Shown piece after piece: positions 44,321 through 49,868 of a stretch of 49,868 bases of DNA. Below the pieces are notes generated by a model, which was given only the letters and a program-made list of their open reading frames with translations, had not been told where the DNA came from and ran no database searches. The position numbers and the translations under genes were made by a program. The stretch covers positions 1 through 49,868 of the IMG/VR virus record IMGVR_UViG_3300014655_000001; one strand, written 5' to 3'. The stretch's first letter is position 1; each line of letters begins with the position of its first letter. The DNA is from a virus (taxonomy: Duplodnaviria > Caudoviricetes).

Positions 44321-45606
44321 CAGTACGTTACCCAGTTCGTTCCGTTGCACATCACCGGAGCCACTACACCACCGCCGCTTGTGTAAGCTGCAAGATAGGT
44401 GGGTAGCGTAGCATCGCTCACCGTTGCCTCAGCACCCTTCAATGTGGACGTGCAAGATGGCAGCGGCGTTCCGGCTGCGCTGTAGATGGTGTGGGGGACG
44501 ATAGGACCATTAACCAAGATTGCGCCGGGGATGGGTGTTGGGTTTGAACCTAACGCATCAAAAGAAATGCCACCAACACCTGAATCAATAAGCCGAAGTC
44601 CGGCCCCGCCCTGGTTATCTATTACTAGAGAACTATCAGCGTTGGTGGAATCTTGTTCAATGTCTATACCTCCGAGAGTTGTGCTTGGAGTCGGATCAGT
44701 GGCGAGAGCTAGAAACGTTCCTGCAACAACGGCTAACTCACCGTCGAGTACACCAGTCGCGTCGTTCGATGTAGATATGTGCAAGCCGCCATCGGAACCT
44801 GTATAGCTAAACACATTCCCGTTCGGCGCGTTGATCTGGTAGTTGGTGGCGAAGTCGTTGACGATATCTGCTGCGGAGGAGAAGTTGACGGTGCCGCCAC
44901 CCGTGTCCTGTATGGTGGTGCCGCCAGTGCCGGTGTTATTTATCGTCAATCTGTCTGGCATCGTCACCCCAACATCAATCGGCCCGTTACCCAACGTGTC
45001 GAGCGCGGTGGCGATAGGCACGTACCCGGCAGCCACGGTGCCACCGATGCCGCCGCTAGAACACGCACCCCAAACACTACCAGTATAACAACGTTGTACA
45101 CTACTCGTTGTATTCCAGTACGTTGAGCCAGGATGTACTTGTATTTGAGCTTCACCATCGTTATACCCATAAGCCGTTGGTGTAGCCACAAACCGCGGCG
45201 CAAGGATAGCAGCATCGAGCTGTGAAGTAAGACTCACGCTTCCACCGCTCGGACTGAAGTTAATAGTAGCACATGCTGCTGAAGCATTCGGACAAAGTGT
45301 AAGCTTATACGAAGCACCAATAGGTCGAATCAAAGTAACATCATAAATCAAACTACTGATTGAGAAGTTTCCTGACCCATCCGTGGTACCACTCCCTCCA
45401 AGCTGTGAGAGTGGTGCACTGTTATATGTGTAGTTAGTTGCATTACTCTGATACGGTCCAGGCTGAAAGCTCCACGTAAAAGGAGCATTAGCCCATACTG
45501 TAGAATCAGAGTCTGTAACTGAAGTGGCAGTTACAGTGGTATACTGCGCTAACCCCATGCTACTCCCGAAGAGTAACAATCCAAGTGTCAAGAGAAGTTT
45601 TTTCAT
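44320..45606 (-). CDS. Fibre/adhesin-like protein with Sec signal peptide
   Basis: MKKLLLTLGLLLFGSSMGLA-Q. The N-terminal domain is paralogous to 45615-48056. C-terminus LPSC...G-x-x-A-x-VSDA...CNGTNW. Confidence 0.75.
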   Translation of the reverse strand: MKKLLLTLGLLLFGSSMGLAQYTTVTATSVTDSDSTVWANAPFTWSFQPGPYQSNATNYTYNSAPLSQLGGSGTTDGSGNFSISSLIYDVTLIRPIGASYKLTLCPNASAACATINFSPSGGSVSLTSQLDAAILAPRFVATPTAYGYNDGEAQIQVHPGSTYWNTTSSVQRCYTGSVWGACSSGGIGGTVAAGYVPIATALDTLGNGPIDVGVTMPDRLTINNTGTGGTTIQDTGGGTVNFSSAADIVNDFATNYQINAPNGNVFSYTGSDGGLHISTSNDATGVLDGELAVVAGTFLALATDPTPSTTLGGIDIEQDSTNADSSLVIDNQGGAGLRLIDSGVGGISFDALGSNPTPIPGAILVNGPIVPHTIYSAAGTPLPSCTSTLKGAEATVSDATLPTYLAAYTSGGGVVAPVMCNGTNWVTY

Positions 45607-45614
45607 TGTGCCTC

Positions 45615-48056
45615 CTATGGACATGGTGCTCCTGTGCCTGTGTTGTTGCCTAAATACACCTGCCCTGATGAGTTAATGCAGAGAGGCGCTTTAGAACCGC
45701 TGGTAATGCCAGTCATTTTAATTGGTCCTTGCAGAACAATAGAACCTGAGCCGCTACCGATGGTAAGAGTAATATCATTATAGTTGGGTGAATTGATAGT
45801 AACGCCTTGTGCACCAGTTATTTCAACAAGACCCGTTCCTTCATCTGTTCCATTCGCCTTTAACATCAAATCACTATTTGATGGCGCATCTACTTCCGGC
45901 GTGACGATAGGACTATTAAAGTACTCTGCCAATGTCGGCGCACTAGGATAGAACTCAATCGACCCGCTGAACGTGACGTTCCCGCCGCTGCCTGAAGTCG
46001 TAAGCACAAGCCTGTTGTCCGTGCTCGCCGTGATCGTTGCTGTGCCGGTCCCAAGCGATACCGAGGGGTTCGCCGTGGTGAAGCAATACATCTGGGCGAT
46101 GGTTCCGATGTAGCCAGACGGCCCTACCCAATAACCGTGAAAGCACGCTTGCCACGCCCCAGTCACTCCAGCCAGCGGCCCCGGCGTGATGTTTACCGAC
46201 GAATCGTTGACCTGATAAGTGCCAATGACAAATTCAATCCCATTCGCGCCGCCCGATGCCGGCCCCGGCGTCCAGATATAAGACGGGAAGTTAATCGGAA
46301 CCGCGCTGCTCACCGTATCGTAGAGTCCCCGGTACTCGCTGCTGTTCGAGTTGTCTGTAATGTTTGAGGCCTTACCCACTACTGCTGTACCATCCAGTAA
46401 CGTGCTACTGGCTGTAGATGCAATCGTAGTCGGAGTTCCTTGAAGAGCGCCGCCATAGAATCGCGTAAATGATCCGGCTATGGTCGTAGCGACAAGATCA
46501 GCAGACTGATTGAACGTTGTCAGAAAGACTCCGTTGGCTATATCAATCGTGCCCGGTAAAGAACCGCCGTTGCCCTCGAAAAGAGAACTTGTGAAGCTAT
46601 TGCCGCTCCCCACATCAATCTGTAAGTCATCCAGATTTGTCGAATCCTGCATTGTGCTGAAAGTGTTATTTCCGCCGCTGCGAATCCAGATTGCATTATT
46701 GGTCAGGTACTCCAATATGGCCGTGTTGAACTGGATTTCGTTCGCATTGTTGCTTGGTGAGACTCCATCGAGAACGAACCCGTTCTCTGTAGCTGGAGCC
46801 GTGAATCCAAGCGGCTGAAACAGGTAACGTTCCATCCACGTATCACCGACATACCCTTGCTGGCAGAGCATACAGTACACGCCAGTAGTGGAAGCGCCAA
46901 TAAGCACGTTGTCTTTAAGCGAGAACGCAATCCCCCCAAGAAGGTCGAGGTTGTCAGGAACATCGGCGTTCCCCACAAGCGTCATATTCTCCAACTGGAA
47001 TCCTGAATAGCCTTCAGACGGAATGCCGGTTGTGTGATCGCAGGTGACGCTCGTGCAATTCGTCGCAGGAGCATCCCCGGCCACGGTGAGCATTCCCTGC
47101 GTAATAGGAGATGACCCGGTGTACTGAAGAATCGCGCATCCCCACGCCTGCCCCACGATACGGATACTGTTCTGGCCGTACACGGTGAGCGGGCCGTTAA
47201 TGTTGTAAACGCCGCAGGGGAAGTAAAGCTCCGCCTGAGTTGCGAGCGCCAAGTTAATCGCTGTCTGGATTGCTGTGGTGTTGGCGGTATCGGTGGACAG
47301 AGAGCTGCCAAGCGTTCCACCTGCCACTACGCCCTGCCCAAGTACGTTGATGACTGGACCCTGGGTGCCAAGACTCGCATTAGCCCCAACAGCAGTAGTA
47401 GCTCCTGTGCCACCTTGAGCTATTTGTTCAGTACCAAAATTGATAAGTGCTTGTGCTCCTGTTGTTGCACTGGTACCACCTTCTGCTATAGTAAGTGGAG
47501 TATTAATAAGCGCATTACATCCCCATACGCTACTAGTATAATAACGCTGACAATTTCCACTAGTACTCCAGTAAGTAGAACCTGGAGTGTTTTGTACAAT
47601 CGCTTCCACATCAGTATATCCATATGATCCTGCCACAGCTCTAAAACGCGGAGCAGGAATAATCCCAGTAAGAGAGCTACTAAGATTCATACTTGTACCG
47701 ATGGAAGTGAAATTATACACCCCACACGGCGCACTCGCATCAGGACACACAGTAAGCGTCCAGGAACTCCCTATAGGTGTGATAGGTGCAGTTTGATACA
47801 CAGAGAAACTAAGATTTCCACTTCCATCCATCACACCTTTTTGATTTAGCACCGCAGGGTTTAAAGCAACTCCTCCGATGTTATAAACAGAAACATTAGG
47901 CTGTGAAGGGTTAGGTCTAAAAGCTAATGTCCATGATCCATTTGTCCATGTGGTACTATCTGAATCTACTACAGTAGCAGTCACACTTGTAGTCTGAGCC
48001 TCTAGAGAAAGCCCATAGAGGAGTAAAGTAGCGAAAAGTGGTATCAGCTTTTTCAT
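45615..48056 (-). CDS. Tailspike-like pectate-lyase-type beta-helix protein with Sec signal peptide
   Basis: MKKLIPLFATLLLYGLSLEA-Q, GGT-x-ATT repeats, and INV-x-x-x-G...NT-x-AIQ-x-AI...LYFPCG-x-Y-x-I beta-helix cap. Confidence 0.8.
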   Translation of the reverse strand: MKKLIPLFATLLLYGLSLEAQTTSVTATVVDSDSTTWTNGSWTLAFRPNPSQPNVSVYNIGGVALNPAVLNQKGVMDGSGNLSFSVYQTAPITPIGSSWTLTVCPDASAPCGVYNFTSIGTSMNLSSSLTGIIPAPRFRAVAGSYGYTDVEAIVQNTPGSTYWSTSGNCQRYYTSSVWGCNALINTPLTIAEGGTSATTGAQALINFGTEQIAQGGTGATTAVGANASLGTQGPVINVLGQGVVAGGTLGSSLSTDTANTTAIQTAINLALATQAELYFPCGVYNINGPLTVYGQNSIRIVGQAWGCAILQYTGSSPITQGMLTVAGDAPATNCTSVTCDHTTGIPSEGYSGFQLENMTLVGNADVPDNLDLLGGIAFSLKDNVLIGASTTGVYCMLCQQGYVGDTWMERYLFQPLGFTAPATENGFVLDGVSPSNNANEIQFNTAILEYLTNNAIWIRSGGNNTFSTMQDSTNLDDLQIDVGSGNSFTSSLFEGNGGSLPGTIDIANGVFLTTFNQSADLVATTIAGSFTRFYGGALQGTPTTIASTASSTLLDGTAVVGKASNITDNSNSSEYRGLYDTVSSAVPINFPSYIWTPGPASGGANGIEFVIGTYQVNDSSVNITPGPLAGVTGAWQACFHGYWVGPSGYIGTIAQMYCFTTANPSVSLGTGTATITASTDNRLVLTTSGSGGNVTFSGSIEFYPSAPTLAEYFNSPIVTPEVDAPSNSDLMLKANGTDEGTGLVEITGAQGVTINSPNYNDITLTIGSGSGSIVLQGPIKMTGITSGSKAPLCINSSGQVYLGNNTGTGAPCP

Positions 48057-48064
48057 TGCGGCTC

Positions 48065-48361
48065 CTAGATTGTGCGGTTTAGAATTGCAACTATGGTCGA
48101 GAAATTGATAGTAGCTCCTGCATTGGTGCCTGTGATGTTTAGAATAGCATTCCCAACGGGAGCATTAAACCCAACAAGCGGTGCGGAGTAGTTACCCGCT
48201 ACTAAAGTAGGACTGAATGTGAGTGTGGCAATAGTGTTTCCATCCTGCACCAGTGTGCCGCTTAGGGTAGCCCCACTTACATACGCTCCAGTAGAATCTG
48301 TCAGCCCTACAATGTAGATTGTCTGCGTATTATTCTGATTGTAAATCACAACTTGTGCCAT
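48065..48361 (-). CDS. Small Ig-like beta protein
   Basis: 98 aa. LTDSTGAYVSGAT...GNYSA resembles BppU/Ig-like domains. Confidence 0.6.
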   Translation of the reverse strand: MAQVVIYNQNNTQTIYIVGLTDSTGAYVSGATLSGTLVQDGNTIATLTFSPTLVAGNYSAPLVGFNAPVGNAILNITGTNAGATINFSTIVAILNRTI

Positions 48362-49868
48362 CTAACCCTCCGGGTTGGTGCTTGTTATTGTTAAAATACT
48401 TAAACTAGGAGAGGAAGCAACTTCACAATCCAGAGCGGTAGTTGTTACAAAGTTTAGGAAAACTAGAGATGGGCCTGAGGTTAGAGCTTTGAACTTAAGC
48501 TGCGGTACACTTAGAGTTTTTAAAATCGAAAGCGCTGGAGTAACTTGAAAAGCTTCTACAGTAAGAGGTTTAGGCTCTATAGCTGTAGCTTTTACTATAC
48601 CAGCAAAAGCTTGTGTTTGAGCACCGCTTAGAGTTACGTCTATAGAGACACCAACGGTTACTACACCAGCATTACTTATTACAGAAGCTCCAACAAGCTC
48701 CTCAGAAGCATCTCCTGACTCGGTAAGACTTCCTGCGGCGCCGATAACCTGTGCACCTGTTATATTAACCAAGGCATTGGCAGTACCAGTCGCTATGACT
48801 GTACCAGCACTTGCTGTACTAGAGGTTCCACTTAGTGCTATAGAAGCTGTAGAAGTAGGAGTAAGAGTTCCCGCTGAAGTACTTACAGAAGCCCCTACAA
48901 GTGTAGAGCTTCCGTCAGCATTCAGTGTTAACGTACCAGCGTTAGAAGTAACTGAAGCTCCAGTAAGTATCTCAGAAGCTGTACCAGTCTCAGTCGTACT
49001 TCCAGCAGCAGAAGTAACACTGGCACCAGTAAGGTTACTTGTAGATGCTCCAGCAGCAGTTACCGCGTCAGCGTTTGTCGTTACCGCGCTACCAGTCAGA
49101 GTTTCATTCGCAGTACCACTCTCTGTCAGAGCACCTGCTGAACTAGTACTAGAAGCGCCACCAAGTGATACAATCCCTGCCGCAGCGGCAAGCATGATTC
49201 CAGCAGTAAGTGATATAGCTGCCCCAGTAAGTGTGACAGAAGAACTAACTGCAAGAGTTACCTTACCAGCAGCACTTGTAACAGCAGCGCCAGTTAATGT
49301 TTCTGCTGCTGTACCATTCTCTGTAGTACTCCCAGGCGCTAAAGTAGCCGCAGCGCCTGTCAGTGTAACTGCTGTGAGAGGCTTGATAGAGAGAAGAATC
49401 CCTCCATTAGCCCCTGCGGTGCCCATAGTAACACTACTAGCACCTGTAGCTCCCGCCGTAGCTTGAGCAGCATAGGCTACTGAAAGTGTGCTAAAGGTAC
49501 TATATGAGGAATTAACCGCTGAGTTGCTAAGTGCTCCAAACGTGGCGGTTGTAGGCGAGGTTAAAGTAGAACCTGAAGCAAGAGCTGCAAATCCACCAAC
49601 CAACATATTATTCGCGCTGACTGGTGTTATTGATGTGGTACCTGTAGTACCAGAAGCATTGATCCTAGCACTTACAGTAACATCCATTGGAACATTTTTG
49701 TCAGTATTATAGAAACCTACAATACAACCTTCTACGTGACTTGTAAGCCCAGTAAAAGACCAGGATGTTCCTGTAAGTCCTCCACTTCCTACGATAGCAG
49801 AGAATACTTGAAACCTTCCCCCAGTACCCGCGGCGCCACCCTGCCTCGTCCATCCAGTAGGTGCTGTG
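48362..49868 (-). CDS. 3' part of Ala/Thr-rich fibre-like virion protein (starts at 260)
   Basis: About 23-aa repeats of LTGA-x-VT-x-x-AG-x-x-T. The frame is open to the window end. Confidence 0.8.
   Translation of the reverse strand, partial: TAPTGWTRQGGAAGTGGRFQVFSAIVGSGGLTGTSWSFTGLTSHVEGCIVGFYNTDKNVPMDVTVSARINASGTTGTTSITPVSANNMLVGGFAALASGSTLTSPTTATFGALSNSAVNSSYSTFSTLSVAYAAQATAGATGASSVTMGTAGANGGILLSIKPLTAVTLTGAAATLAPGSTTENGTAAETLTGAAVTSAAGKVTLAVSSSVTLTGAAISLTAGIMLAAAAGIVSLGGASSTSSAGALTESGTANETLTGSAVTTNADAVTAAGASTSNLTGASVTSAAGSTTETGTASEILTGASVTSNAGTLTLNADGSSTLVGASVSTSAGTLTPTSTASIALSGTSSTASAGTVIATGTANALVNITGAQVIGAAGSLTESGDASEELVGASVISNAGVVTVGVSIDVTLSGAQTQAFAGIVKATAIEPKPLTVEAFQVTPALSILKTLSVPQLKFKALTSGPSLVFLNFVTTTALDCEVASSPSLSILTITSTNPEG
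49746..49868. repeat. Terminal direct repeat, identical to 1-123
   Basis: Exact match by reading. Confidence 0.97.

Noticed and set aside
48777-49466. 229-aa plus-strand ORF and similar antisense ORFs across the late arm
   Set aside because: These are antisense shadows of low-complexity Ala/Thr/Gly genes.
49746-49868. 123-bp terminal repeat as biological DTR
   Set aside because: It falls in the middle of a gene that reads through the junction, which is typical of assembler circular overlap.
1-49868. Host assignment (e.g. Acidobacteriota) and apparent CTAG/AGCT abundance
   Set aside because: These are impressions only. They need homology or spacer searches and k-mer counts that I cannot run.

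Overview
This window is an apparently complete, circularly assembled dsDNA tailed-phage genome of 49,745 bp; bases 49746-49868 duplicate 1-123. It has podovirus-like organisation and standard stop-codon usage, and I recognised no integrase, RNA polymerase or primase. The minus-strand late arm (23866 down to 1, continuing across the junction to 43943) encodes terminase, portal, scaffold, major capsid, tail and ejection proteins, a PurD-like ATP-grasp ligase and three proteins with Sec-type signal peptides, one a tailspike-like beta-helix. The plus-strand early/replication arm (24342-43867) encodes small proteins, a J-domain/vWA/FtsK trio, a Tlde1-like peptidase, a Cas4-like nuclease, an AAA recombinase, SSB, a HAD phosphatase, a family A DNA polymerase split into two genes, a helicase and a GroES carrying a DnaJ-type zinc finger. 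The most striking signal is non-coding. The early transcripts contain a full-consensus hammerhead ribozyme whose stem II is the next gene's Shine-Dalgarno (25337-25400). They also contain a tRNA mimic with a shrunken anticodon arm (29978-30048) abutting a complete HDV-like (theta-type) ribozyme (30049-30124), plus several large multibranch RNA structures. All calls come from motif reading by eye; no database search or folding program was run, and the host is unknown.
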